Origin: Azolla caroliniana
Lineage: Eukaryota; Plantae; Polypodiophyta
Direction of reading: 5' to 3'
DNA: 64,000 nt
Assembly (NCBI GenBank): GCA_043228905.1
Contig: JBHGNT010000006.1
Coordinates: 2,418,001 to 2,482,000 of the forward strand
Shown here: positions 37,511-50,339 of the stretch, in pieces
Layout: every line of letters starts with the position of its first letter
How positions within the stretch are numbered: the first letter of the stretch is position 1
The notes under the pieces: model-generated
What the model was told of the DNA's origin: nothing
Databases searched by the model: none
Seen by the model: only the letters and a program-made list of their open reading frames with translations
Position numbers and translations under genes: made by a program

Positions 37511-37749
37511 ACCACCAATAATTATTCAGTTTGTTGATTATCTTGTGTATTGTTGTGTATAATCTTGTGTATTGCGGAATAATTTTGTGTATTGTTTTTG
37601 CCCATAGTCATCTGAGCTCGTTCCCGACGGTGATTGAGTAGCTTTCACTCCCCTGCAACAAACATAAACATACCAATGGTGGGATCACTCCTGTGAATAA
37701 CCGGTTTGCATGTGGTTTCGTAACTAGCTACGTGTCTTTTTTTGTGGAA

Positions 37750-38538
37750 TTTTACTAATGAATATGTCAAGCCACGTTCAAGGGGACGGAGGGTGTTTAC
37801 TAATACCCCTCATGGATCATCAGGATTGGGATGACTCTATAAGGACACAACAAGCGATACGAAAGTATTGGGCGGAAAAAAAAGGAAAACCCATCAATTG
37901 TTATTGACTAAAGGTAAGGATAGTATTGGTTGCAATATAAGTCTGAATACCACTAAGAATGGAAGTAATGAGACTACTATCATAGACAGAAAGGTTGTCG
38001 ACTATTTCAATGTTCAGACCAAGCACATCAGCAATGAAGACAAGAAGGTAGTACTTTATGGAATATTAAATCATCCATCAATAAAGGAGTTAGTTTATTG
38101 TGATCGTCTTAATGCAAACATAACATCTGTAGTAGTAAATAATCTCTGTAATAGTTTCATATCCATGAGCAGGTCAGAAGATGATCTTGTCTTAAAAAGG
38201 TCTAGTCTAATGATGTTACTTAATAGTGATGTTACTTAATAGTGATGTTGATGATCTTAACATCAATGTGCTATTATGTAAGGTAATTGGTGTTAGTAGA
38301 AAAACTGTGTACAATACAATGAACAGAATAATTTCAAGTGATGAAGGAACTAGTTTGCTAAATCTAACAACAAGATGTAAGCCAATGACACCCATAACAT
38401 CATAAAATCAAGAATATAATCACCATATTTTGGATTAATGAGAGTAGGGTTTCACCCAATAAGAAGGATTTATGTAGGAAACATGTTGGAAAGAGTCAAT
38501 ACGAGGAGCATCCCATTCATCTTATTGATGTACCTCAG
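37750..38538 (+). mobile_element. Possible decayed DNA-transposon-like coding remnant (unclassified)
   Basis: Broken protein-like frames end in FWINESRVSPNKKDLCRKHVGKSQYEEHPIHLIDVPQ, followed by a GT donor-like site. It lies between two tandem arrays. Family not recognised with certainty. Confidence 0.3.
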
Positions 38539-38579
38539 GTATTTACATTTATCTCAACTTTTGTTTTGATTTTTGAGAT

Positions 38580-40195
38580 TAGTTAGTTAGCTAATTAGCT
38601 ACCTCAGAATATCACCATAGCTAACTAGCTACTGGTAATAGCTAAATAGCTATTGCCAATAGTAAACTTAGCTATTATCAGGTAATTAGCTACCACAATA
38701 GTTAATTAGCTCTCTTAGAATATGACCATAGTTAACTAGTTACTGCTAATCGCTAAATAGTGATTGCCAATAGCTAATCTAGCTATTATCACCTAATTAG
38801 CTACCAAAATAGCTAATTACTTACCTCAAAATATGACCATAGCTAACTAGCTATTGGTAATAGCTAATTTAGCTATTATAAGCTAATTAGCTACTACAAT
38901 AGCTAATTAGCTATCTCAGAATATAATCATAGTTAACTAGCTACTGGTAATAGCTAAATAACGATTGCCAATAGCTAATCTAACTATTATCACTTAATTA
39001 GCTACCACAATAGCTGATTAGTTACCTCAGAATATGACCATAGCTAACTAGCTGCTAGTAATAGCTAAATAGAGATTGCCAATAGCTAATTTAGCTATTA
39101 TAAACTGATTAGCTACCACAATAACTAATTAGCTACCTCTGAATATGACCATAGCTAACTAGCTACTGGTAATCCCTAAATAGTGATTGCCAATAGCTAA
39201 ATTAACTATTATCAGCTAATTACCTACCACAATAGCTAATTAGTTACCTCAGAATATGACCATAGCTAACTAGCTACTAGACAATAGCGATTGCCAATAG
39301 CTAATTTAGCTATTATCAGCTAATTCGCTACCGCAATAACTAATTAGTTACCTCAGAATATGACCATAGCTAATTAGCTACTAGTAATAGCTAAATAGTG
39401 ATTGCCAATAGCTAATTTAGCTATTATCAGCTAATTAGCTACCGCAATAACTAATTAGCTATCTCAGAATATGACCATAGCTAACTAGCTACTAGTAATA
39501 GCTAAATAGTTATTGCCAATAGTAAACCTAGCTATTATCAGCTAATTAGTTATCGCAATAGCTAATTACCTATCTCAGAATATGACCATAGCTAACTAGC
39601 TACTAGTAATAGCTAAATAGCAATTGCCACTAGCTAATTTAGCTATTATCAACTAATTAGCTACCACAATAGCTAATTAGCTATCTCAGAATATGACCAT
39701 AGCCAACTAGCTACTGGTAATAGCTAAATAACGATTGCCAATAGCTAATCTAGCTATTATCAGCTAATTAGCTACCACAATAGCTAATTAGTTATCTCAG
39801 AATATGATCATAGCTAACTAGCTACTAGTAATAGCTAAATAGTGATTGCCAATAGCTAGCTATTATCAGCTAATTAGCTACCACAATAGCTAATTAGCTA
39901 CCTTAGAATATGACCATAGCTACACTAAATAGCTAATTAGCTAACTAACTAAAATTAATAACTAATTAGCTACTGGCAATAGCTAACTAGCTATTATCAA
40001 CTAACTATCTACCACAATAGGTAATTAGCTACCTCAAAATATGACCATTGCTACTCTTAATAGCTAATTAGCTACACTTAATAGCTAACTAGCTACGATC
40101 AGCTAATTAGCATTAGAATATGACCATAGCTAAAAAGCTACTAGTAATAGCTAATTAACTACATCAGAATATGATCATAGCTAATTAACTACCTC
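38580..40195. repeat. 111-bp TAGCTA-rich satellite, about 14 units
   Basis: AGAATATGACCATAGC recurs with 111-bp spacing (39355, 39466, 39577, 39688). Units are built from TAGCTA/ATTAGCTA palindromes. Confidence 0.92.
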
Positions 40196-40199
40196 TAGT

Positions 40200-43100
40200 T
40201 GCATGTGTAGTTCAGAGATAAAAGGCCAAACAAGATTGATACGTCAACCTGGGAGGTTATGCATATGAAGACGACGGCATACATTAGGAGTTTTATAGAC
40301 ATGAGTGTATACAACAACTTTAATGAAGAGACCAAGGCGGACGTCCTGTGGAAGAAGATTGGCATCATGTTCGAAAACAAAAACGTTGTCAACGAAGTCT
40401 CAGTATTTCAGAAGATTGTGAGACTCTCATATCAGGATGACTCCAGCATGGCGAAGCACCTTAATGCCTTCTTGACGGGAACTCAAACGCTCCCTGTACG
40501 CAACGCTCAGCCACAACCAAGCTTAGGATCATACACAGAAAACGGGAAATAAAGAACGACACAATGGAAGAGAAGAGTACGCAGGATGTTTAACGTGGAA
40601 AACCCCAAACTAGGGGAAAAACCACGGCAGCCCACAAGCTGCAAACTATCACTAGGTTAGTATGTACAACAGTGAGTTCACGGAGGCAACGACCTCGTGC
40701 TCACGATCTTCGCCACAGGCGGCGGTTACAACAGAGGCAACAACCTCTTTCTCTCTCTCTCTCTGTACACTGTTGCGCGCTTTGATCTCACGCAGACAAG
40801 GAATAATAATAACAACTACTAAAAGTTTGCCCTAAGTCATATTTATACTAATATGACTTTTCGGCTATTTACAAATATAGCCTCGATGGACTCTCAGAGA
40901 CATATTTACGAATATGTCTCTTCATCCAGTTCATACCGGGTCTGCACCATCCGGCTCTCCATAGCCGGGTACTCCTCATCCGGTTCATACCGGGTCTACA
41001 CCATCCGGCTCTCCGTAGCCGGGTACTCTTCATCCGGTTCATACCGGGTCTGCACCATCCGGCTCTCCGTAGCCGGGTACTCTTCATCCGGTTCATACCG
41101 GGTCTGCACCATCCGGCTTTCCGAAGCCGGGTACTCCTCATACGGTTTCGGCCTCGGTCTATCGGCCTTGGCCGAGCATGTTCATCAGCACTGTTCTTCT
41201 CCCTTCCCATCCGGAGGGACCTGTCTCCCAACAAACTCCCCCTTCACTCCGGCATGGGGTGTCTTACCAATCCAATTCTCTTCCGGCATGCGTCTAGCTT
41301 GTCGGGTGTCAGCACTTTGGTCAGCATATTTGACCCATTCTCAGCCGTGTGGATCTTCGTTAGTGCGAACTCCTGGTCATGTACTCTTTCCCGGATCCAG
41401 TGATACCTCCGCTGGATATGCTTCGTCCGGGAATGGTAGGCCGCATTCTTAGCAAGGTGGATGGCACTTTGACTGTCGCAATAGAGTCGGTATTCCTCTT
41501 GCCGGATACCAAGCTCTCCGATGAAGTCCTTCATCCATAATATTTCCTTGCCGGCTTCCACAACCGCCATGTACTCCACCTCTGTGGTTGACAATGCAAT
41601 TGTCTTCTGCAGCCTCGACTGCCACGAAACAGCTCCCCCTGCATATGTCATTACATACCCAGATGTAGACCGGCTGGTATCCACATCAACTGACATGTCC
41701 GAATCAGTGAAACCGTCCAGTTGAGGTTTTCCGGAGCCGAATCAGAGACACATATTTGAAGTGCCCTTCAAATACCGAAGTATCCATTTGACAGCGTTCC
41801 AGTGCTCCTTGTCGGGATTGCTCATAAACCGGCTCACCACTCCGACTGCGTATCCTATATCTGGTCGGGTACACACCATTGCGTACATCAAGCTCCCGAC
41901 TGTCGCAATAGAGTCGGTATTCCTCTTGCCGGATACCAAGCTCTCCGATGAAGTCCTTCATCCATAATATTTCCTTGCCGGCTTCCACAACCGCCATGTA
42001 CTCCACCTCTGTGGTTGACAATGCAATTGTCTTCTGCAGCCTCGACTGCCACGAAACAGCTCCCCCTGCATATGTCATTACATACCCAGATGTAGACCGG
42101 CTGGTATCCACATCAACTGACATGTCCGAATCAGTGAAACCGTCCGGAGCCGAATCAGAGACACATATTTGAAGTGCCCTTCAAATACCGAAGTATCCAT
42201 TTGACAGCGTTCCAGTGCTCCTTGCCGGGATTGCTCATAAACCGGCTCACCACTCCGACTGCGTATCCTATATCTGGTCGGGTACACACCATTGCGTACA
42301 TCAAGCTCCCGACAGCAGAGGCATATGGAATCTTCATCATATCCGCCTTCTCTGCTTTCGTCTTCGGGCTTTGCTTACCGGATAGCCTGCAGTTTGCCGG
42401 AAGTGTCGATCCGACCGGTTTCGCATCTGACATGTTGAACCGGTGAAGCACCTTTGTCACGTACTTCTCCTGTGACAGCCATAATTGCTTCTTTGACCGG
42501 TTCCGGATAATATGCATCCCCAACATCTGTCTCGCCGGACCCAAGTCTTTCATTGAGAAGGTCCGGTTGAGAGCCTTCTTCAGCATCCGTATTTTGACTT
42601 GGTCCCGTCCGACGATCAACATGTCGTCCACGTACAGAAGGAGTATCAGGAAGTCGCCTCCTTCAAACTTCTTCACAAACACGTAGTGATCGGCCTGCAT
42701 CTTGTGGTACCCTTGATCGGTCATGAAGGAGTCGAACTTCCGGTACCATTGCCGGGGGGCCTACTTTAACCCGTAGAGGCTCTTCTTCGGCCGGCAAACC
42801 AGGTGCTCCTTCCCTTTCTCCACGAATCCTTCCAGTTGCTGCATGTAGATCTCCTCTTCGAGGTCGCCGTGAAGGAATGTCGTCTTCACGTCGAGCTGCT
42901 CTACCTCAAGGTCCATGCTTGCCGCTATACTCAGCACCGTCCGGATGGAGGTCATCTTTACTACCAGGGCAAATATCTCGTCGAAGTCCACGCCCTTCTT
43001 CTGTTGGAACCCCTTCACCACGATCCTGGCTTTGTATCTCGGGGGGTTTCCGGCATCTCCCGGTTTCAACTTGTACACCCACTTGTTTCGGAGTGCCCGC

Positions 43101-46100
43101 TTTCCTTTCGGCAACTCCACCAATTCGTACGTATGGTTCTCATGCAGGGAATCCATCTCATCCTGCATGGCACTTAACCATTTGCGGCTATAGGTGTCAT
43201 CCTTCGCTTCTTCGAAGCTTTCCGGCTCCCCCTCATCGGTCAGCAGCACATGCTCTGCATCCGGAAATCTCCGGGGGGCCCTTCTCTCTCTGAGAGGATA
43301 TCTCCGTCTTTGGGCTTCGGTAATCGGCTCCTCCATTTGCTCTTCATCCGAATCCGATTCGGGGTCTTGGCCGGTTCCGGTCTCAGCTTCCTCTACTTCT
43401 TCTTTTGCCGGTTCGGTATCCTCACCGTAACCGGCTGGTCCCTCGAGTGCTAACCGGTCTCTTGCCGGTTGGGTCTGCTCATCGTAGAGTTGATCCTTAC
43501 CGATCGACTCGGAGTTCATTATCTTCTTCTCCGACTCCCAGTCGGCGAGCGTCTTGTCCTCCATGAAGATAATATCTCGACTCCGGAATACCTTCTTGTC
43601 GACCAGGTCCCACACTCGGTAACCGAACTCATCGTCACCGTAACCGAGGAATATGCATGGCCGGGTCTTTGGATCTAACTTTCCTCTCCGGTCCTTAGCT
43701 ACATGCACGTACGCGAGACACCCGAATACCTTCAGATGTCGGTAGGATACTTCCTTACCGGTCCACACTCTCTGTGGCGTGTCTCCGTCCAAGGGTACTG
43801 AGGGTGATCTGTTTATCACATATGTCGCCGTCGACAGTGCCTCAGCCCAAAACTTCTTGGGTAGTTTTGCCTGCACTAGCATACTCCGGACCCTCTCCAT
43901 TATGGTCTGGTTCATCCTCTCGGCCAGTCCATTTAGTTCCGGTGTCTTCGACACGGTAAATTCGAGTCGGATTCCCTTCGAGCAGCAGTACTCCTCGAAC
44001 TACCCCCGGTATTCTCCTCCGTTATCTGCTCAAACCGCTTTCAGCTTCCGGCCGGTTTCTCTTTCCACTCTCGCGTGGAGTTCTTTGAAGACGGATAACA
44101 CCTGATCCTTCGTCTTCAACGGTGTGGCCCACAGCTTCCGGCTGTGGTCATCTATGAACGTCATGAAGTACTGCGCTCTAGCATGTGACTTCGTGTCTAC
44201 TTGACACACATCCGTATGCACCAACTCCAATGGTGCATTACGTCTCATCGGTGGCCTTGGTCAGAAGGAGGTCCGGTTCTGCTTACCGGCCAGACAATCA
44301 GTGCACTTCTCTAAGTGCACGTTCTTCACTGGAATGAGGTTGTCGTCTGCAAGCCTCTTCATCCCCTTCTCACTCATATGACACAGCCTCTTGTGCCACA
44401 GCTCACCGGCAGTGTCAGATGCCACGTTCACTTCTTCCGGGCATAACCGGGCATTCATCAGGTACAGTGTGTTTACCTTCCGGGCCCAAGCCACAATCAG
44501 GCTCCCTTTGCTGAACTTCATGACACCGTTCCGGATGCTACCCGTGTAGACTTCATCATCTAGCCGACCGGTTGATATCAGGTTCAGACGAACCTCCGGA
44601 ACATGTCGGACATCCTTCAGCAGCAATTTGCATCCGGTAGGTGTTGTTAGCCACACGTCTCCTATGCCGACAATTCGGCATGTACCTTCATTCCCCATCC
44701 GGACACAGTCGTGATCACCGACTGAGTAGGATGAGAAGCATTTCCGGTCCGGGGTAAGGTGGAACGACGCTCCGGAGTCTACCACCCAGGTCATCTCGTC
44801 GCCGGCAAGGTTTATCTCACTCTCCTCGATGATGAGCATCAACTCTTCTTCGCTTGCCGCGATTGCCGTCGTTCCCTTCCGGTCCGGCCCCCTCCGGTCT
44901 TTACCGTTCCGGTCCGGGATCCGCTTCGAATCGGTACCGTCGGTTTCCTTGTCTTTACGGAAATGCCGACAATTCTTTTGGAAGTGTCCCGGCTTGCCGC
45001 AATAGAAGCAAGTGGGCCTTCCCCTTGACTTTGACCGTGTCCCCGACTTCTCCCGGTTCTGGGGACTACGGTTTCTTTGTCTTCCGCGTTCCGATTCGGT
45101 AAGGAGCGCTTTGGAGTCGGAGCTCGTATCTTTATCTTTCCGACGCGCCTCCTCATCTAGCAAGCTCGACTTTACTCTTGCTAGGGATAACTGTTTTCCT
45201 TCCGGCCCGGCATTGCCCAAAGTGACAACCAACGTCTCCCAGCTATCCGGGAGGGAACCGAGCAGGAGTAGCGCTAGTACCTCATCGGCGAGAGGGACTT
45301 CCAATGAAGTTGCCTGGTGGATCAGCCCCTGGAAAGCATTCATGTGCTCCGCCATGCTGGAGTCATCTTGGTACCGGAGTCTTACTAGCTTCCGGAATAC
45401 CGACACCTGATTAACAGCATTTTTGTTCTGAAACATTATGTCGATCCTCTCCCAGAGCTCATGAGCCTTGCTCTCTTCATTGAAGTTGTTGTACAGGCTC
45501 ATGTCGATGAAGCACCGTATGTACGTCGTTGTCTTCATGTGCATCACCTCCCATATCGCGGCGTCGATCTTGTCTGGTCTCTTGTCCCCGAACTGAACCG
45601 GCAGCCAGAGGTCTTTAACCACGAGCATGTCCCTCATCTTCGACTTCCATACCAAATAGTTGGAGCCGGTGAGTTTGAACATGCCGCCAAACGATTCGTC
45701 CATATTTCTGTGTTGACTCGCTCTGATACCACTTGACGGGAACTCAAACGCTCCCTATACGCAACGCTCGGCCACAACCGAGCTTAGGATCATACACAGA
45801 AAACGGGAAATAAAGAATGACACAATGGAAGAGAAGAGTACGCAGGATGTTTAACGTGGAAAACCCCAAACTAGGGGAAAAACCACGGCAGCCCACAAGC
45901 TGCAAACTATCACTAGGTTAGTATGTACAACAGTGAGTTCACGGAGGCAACGACCTCGTGCTCACGATCTTCGCCACAGGCGGCGGTTACAACAGAGGCA
46001 GCAACCTCTTTCTCTCTCTCTCTCTCTGTACATTGTTGCGCGCTCTGATCTCACGCAGACAAGGAATAATAATAACAACTACTAAAAGTTTGCCCTAAGT

Positions 46101-46924
46101 CATATTTATACTAATATGACTTTTCGGGTATTTACAAATATAGCCTCGATGGACTCTCAGAGACATATTTACGAATATGTCTCTTCATCCGGTTCATACC
46201 GGGTCTGCACCATTCGGCTCTCCGTAGCCGGGTACTCCTCATCCGGTTCATATCGGGTCTACACCATCCGGCTCTCCGTAGCCGGGTACTCTTCATCCGG
46301 TTCATACCGGGTCTGCACCATCCAGCTTTCCGAAGCCGCGTACTCCTCATACGGTTTCTTCTCCCTTCCCATCCGGAGGGACCTGTCTCCCAACACTTCC
46401 AGGGACTGATAAATCATACGGCCTCTCCAGAAATACCTCTTGTCGATGAGGTATTGGCATTGTTGCTGTTGGGATCCCTTCCGAATATGTAGGAGACGCT
46501 CATTGTCACTTTGGGCAACGCCGAACCGGAAGGGAAACACCTATCCCTAGAGATGGGGAAGTTGATCTTGCTGAATGAGGAAGCTCACCAGAAGGACAGG
46601 GAGTCCGTAATTGACCCGAAGGCCCTAGTCACAGAAGGTGACATGAACCGGGGAAGAGGCTGGAATAGAAGTTCCCAGAATTGGGAGAAGTCAGGGAAAA
46701 GGTCGAAGTCAAGATGAAGGCTCGTATGCTTCTATTGTGGGATGTCGAGGCACTTCCAAAAGAATTGCCGACACGTCCGGAAATAGGAAAGGGGAATTGA
46801 TGGTGCAAAGCTGAAGAAGATTCCGGATAGAAAAGGCACCCCAGTTATCACGACAAGTGACGAAACGATGTGGGTGGGGAATGAGCATAATGGTCTTGAG
46901 AGATGTGCAACACGTTCCGGAAGT
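40200..46924 (+). mobile_element. Older decayed Copia gag (40200-40472 and 46396-46924) split by a related element
   Basis: MHMKTTAYIRSFIDMSVYNNF...AKHLNAF continues after 46395 as QGLINHTASPEIPLVDEVLALLLLGSLP. Confidence 0.85.
40473..46395 (-). mobile_element. Full-length Ty1/Copia (Tnt1/Tork-like) element, pol inactivated
   Basis: LTRs at 40473-41233 and 45734-46395. PBS-Met at 45720-45731, PPT at about 41234-41242, TSD CTTCT/CTTCC. gag-PR 44261-45703 (CFYCGKPGHFQKNC, WVVDSGAS), then integrase, RT (YVDD) and RNase H 41244-41696, with stops, frameshifts and a 427-bp internal duplication. Confidence 0.96.
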
Positions 46925-47410
46925 TGTTAAGTGTTTGGATTGCACCACGATCAGTTATGAAGAAGAGTGCACCAACAAGGACGTAGTACCACGAAAGGAA
47001 CTATGAAGAGGAAATGGCAAGAGGAAAAGTAGCTAATGGATAGCCAAGTGTGAATGAGTCATACCCTAAATGTAAATACTATATAAACCACATTGTGGTG
47101 GCTTTGTAAGGGTTTTTCCATTTGTAAAGGTCTCCCTAATGATTAAGAGGTAGAGCTTCCTCTCTTCCTTCTTGTATCCCTTAAGCTTAAGAGAGATTAG
47201 TGAAGTGTTTAGTTAGAGGACACTAATCTCTCTTCCTTGTTGGTGCCAAACCTCTTAGCAAACAAGGTTAATAAACATATTCATTACAATTCTTATTTTC
47301 TATATTCATTCCTCTTATTCTCTATGAGAGTGAGCTTGGGAGAGTGAGAGATATCGTGCTTAGTAATCAATTAATCGTTAAGTGAGTGTGAGGTTCGCAG
47401 GTGTCCGACA
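46925..47410 (+). mobile_element. Possible solo LTR
   Basis: Begins TGTTAA where the decayed gag-pol stops, has TATATAA near 47080 and ends ...CCGACA. No TSD recognised. Confidence 0.4.
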
Positions 47411-47939
47411 ACCATCTCGGCCCCATTCGCCATCAAAAGGGTATATGCCGGTCCGAGCTCCACAAATGACAACGAGGAGGGTTTAATTCCGTCGATACAT
47501 AGATCCTGCACATCTATTTGGCGTCATTGCCGGGGAAGTGACCGACGCTTGAAGCCGACTTCGAGTGATCGAACACTCGTAGGCAACCCACTTAACGAGG
47601 GAAGAAATCAAAAGGAAACCATTGTTTTTGTTAAATTAAAATTTTCACCATTTCACATTTTAATTAAGCTAATTTTTGGTTTTATTTGTTCCCCTCCCTC
47701 CCCCCCCCCCCCCCCCCCCACCAATCGCCCGGACATTAGCAAGCATTGTTAATCCTAAGCATGGTTAATACTAAGAGTTGTTAAGATTTAGCCATTTTAA
47801 GGCAAGGATAATTAGTGTGATTCTTGCTTATCATGATCATCCAGATGTTCACGAAACGACCATTGGAGAAAATAAAATTTTAAAATTCAAATTTTTGGAC
47901 CAAAGTTCGACGAACCCTCATCATTTGACAAAAGATCAA

Positions 47940-48304
47940 AGTTACACCACGATTTCCATGAATTATTCATCGTTACCGCCTTTTTCTCCTCCTAGTCCTC
48001 CTCCATGTCCATCTACCCGTCCTCCGCCAATACCACCATCACCAAGTAATTTTTTCTAAGTCTATCCATTAGGTTTGGATGCTCCATTACTATTTTACTA
48101 GATCTTCAGTATTTTTGTGGAGCTGGGAATTTATGTATCCGAGACACCTTCAAATTTTGTGGACATCTCAGCAAACTAATTTCTTGTAATGTCCTGCATA
48201 GAGTAGGTAATATCAACAAGTAAGTGATCATGGGCATCTCGGTGTGCAGAGCAGCAATCGTGTTTCTTTTGACGACGTTCTTTCTTGGTCTACCATTTGT
48301 CTGA
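47940..48304 (+). pseudogene. DUF26-family copy 5: 3' remnant (Pro-rich end, intron, GPI-type exon with premature stop)
   Basis: YTTISMNYSSLPP...PPSP, then a homologous intron. Exon 2 starts at 48207, has TAA at 48221-48223 and ends GGTCTACCATTTGTCTGA. Confidence 0.85.
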
Positions 48305-48651
48305 GTGAGTTTTTCTGTGGGGCAGAGATATATATTAAGAGTAAATCTTGCTAGGCACATCATGTCCATGGAAACTAACCTAAGATCATTATTCTCTTTT
48401 GTTATGTGTTTGTACACCCCAAATGCATTGAATTATGACAAGATAAATAGAAGCTAGAAGAAGGGCAATTTGTATAATATTTGTATATGGAAAAGGTGAA
48501 AATAACACATGATCCATGTACATATTTGACGCATCATACTTTGTTTAATCATGAGTGAATAATACTAATATGTTACAAGTTGTCAATCATATGGTGACTT
48601 GTATTAAAACTTTTAACTTTAAGATGTTGCATTAAAATATGGTCTCCAATT

Positions 48652-49566
48652 CCTTGTTGGTTGTTCCCACCACCGGCACCATTCTTACTGTAAACAACAT
48701 GAGTCAACATGGAGGAGGCGGATGTGGCATGTAGGAAGGCTCTTTTAATGTACAAGGTGTTGATGATAATCGAAGATAGTCAGATGGTGGATGTGGACAT
48801 GAGGATAAGGGATGATGTTGTGGGGGCTGAAGCAAAGTATTATGAGAAGGTAGGAAAAAAAATTCACTCAATTTTGGCTATTAGTATAGGATTTTAGCAG
48901 TATTCGGCGGAATTCCTGTGATAATCGGAGATAGCGAGATTGTGGATGTGGAAACATAATTTTGTTTTGTGTTAAGGTTGAGTGAAGATGGTGTATGGAT
49001 TGAAGCAGATGTTGTGAGGTGAGGAGGACATAGATCATCTTGTTTTATAGGGAGATTAGTTACAAGTACATTTTCAATGTTCGTGAAGATGAACGCAACC
49101 CATCACGTTTTACCCCAAGCAACAGGTGCATCGTGAACTGTTTTTGTGTCTTTCAACTGTAGCAATTGAAGAAGATCTTGACGTACAAAGCATTTGCCAA
49201 ATAGTAACACCTAGTGGACAGTCAGATGATGGTGAACAACTTCAGTATATGCGGAACCAAATGCAAACATGGAGTTTTTAGACTACCAGCCAGGGTATGT
49301 TGAGTATGATTACCACCAAGATATGTATTCTCTTGGACTGCAAGAATTTGTTTATATGTTGAGTATGGGTGTTGTTGGCAAAGGTTGAGAGTGTTTTCAT
49401 GGATTATAATTAGTCTTATCTTGCCAAATGCCATTGTTATATTTGGTCCTTTTTTATGATAGATACTTGTGGAGTGGAAACTATTATGTACAATTTGTAG
49501 ATTGCCTTTGGCATTGTTAATTTTAATACCAATGGAGCATATCTTTTATGGAAAAAAAAAAAAAAG
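48652..49566 (+). mobile_element. Poly(A)-tailed retro-insertion (probable 5'-truncated LINE)
   Basis: 13-bp TSD ATGGTCTCCAATT at 48639-48651 and 49567-49579, A-tail at 49552-49565. The empty paralogous site is at about 35285-35310. Confidence 0.8.
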
Positions 49567-50339
49567 ATGGTCTCCAATTGTAGCAAATTTCACATTATGT
49601 TCTTGCAAAAAGTTGCAACGCAACTCCAAGTTTATGTTATTTATTTCAAGGATCTCAACAACATTCAAGGGGTGTTTACCACTATAATTATATATAATTG
49701 GTCTCTATGTCATGCATCCATCCGGATCCATTTCCACTCTTTTAAGAAGCTTCTGTACAGACACGCTTTTAGAAATCCATCCAATATTCCCTTTAAGAGC
49801 GAATGATGTTCTCTCACAAAACACATGGACACTTCATTCCTCGGAGATGCTTCCTCGCAAACCACATATTTGACCTCACCCTACTTCTCAAAATATAATC
49901 ATTTACAAGGTTCTAGATCAGAATGTGGTGACCCATGGCATAAGGGAAGAAGGACCCTAGAGCTCTTCTTTTCCTCTAACCCTTGAGAAATCCATGGGAT
50001 CCCTAAGAGACAATGATATTCTTCCAAAACCCATGGGAACTTCATTCCTAGCTACATAAGATAAGGAGTCACCAAGCCTACATTTACCATTATATAGAGA
50101 TGAAAAACCTAGCCACGAATATTTTCGTCCCTACAATTAAGGAGTCACTGAGAAGACTTTGATTTGGTCAAGATTATTGATAAAAACGAATATCCATTAT
50201 CCCAAAACCCACCTGGCAAGGAGAGTTTGACTTTACTACAAATTAATTTGATGATCTCAAATTGTCAACTCCAATATCCAATCTTATATAATTAGGCCTA
50301 GACTTCATAAGCTTCAATTCTGATCAATCAAGCATCACC

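Noticed and set aside
40853-41452. Repetitive 199-aa ORF (SSSGSYRVCTIRLSVAGY)n, also 46116-46409
   Set aside because: Arises from the 54-bp LTR minisatellite, whose length is a multiple of three.
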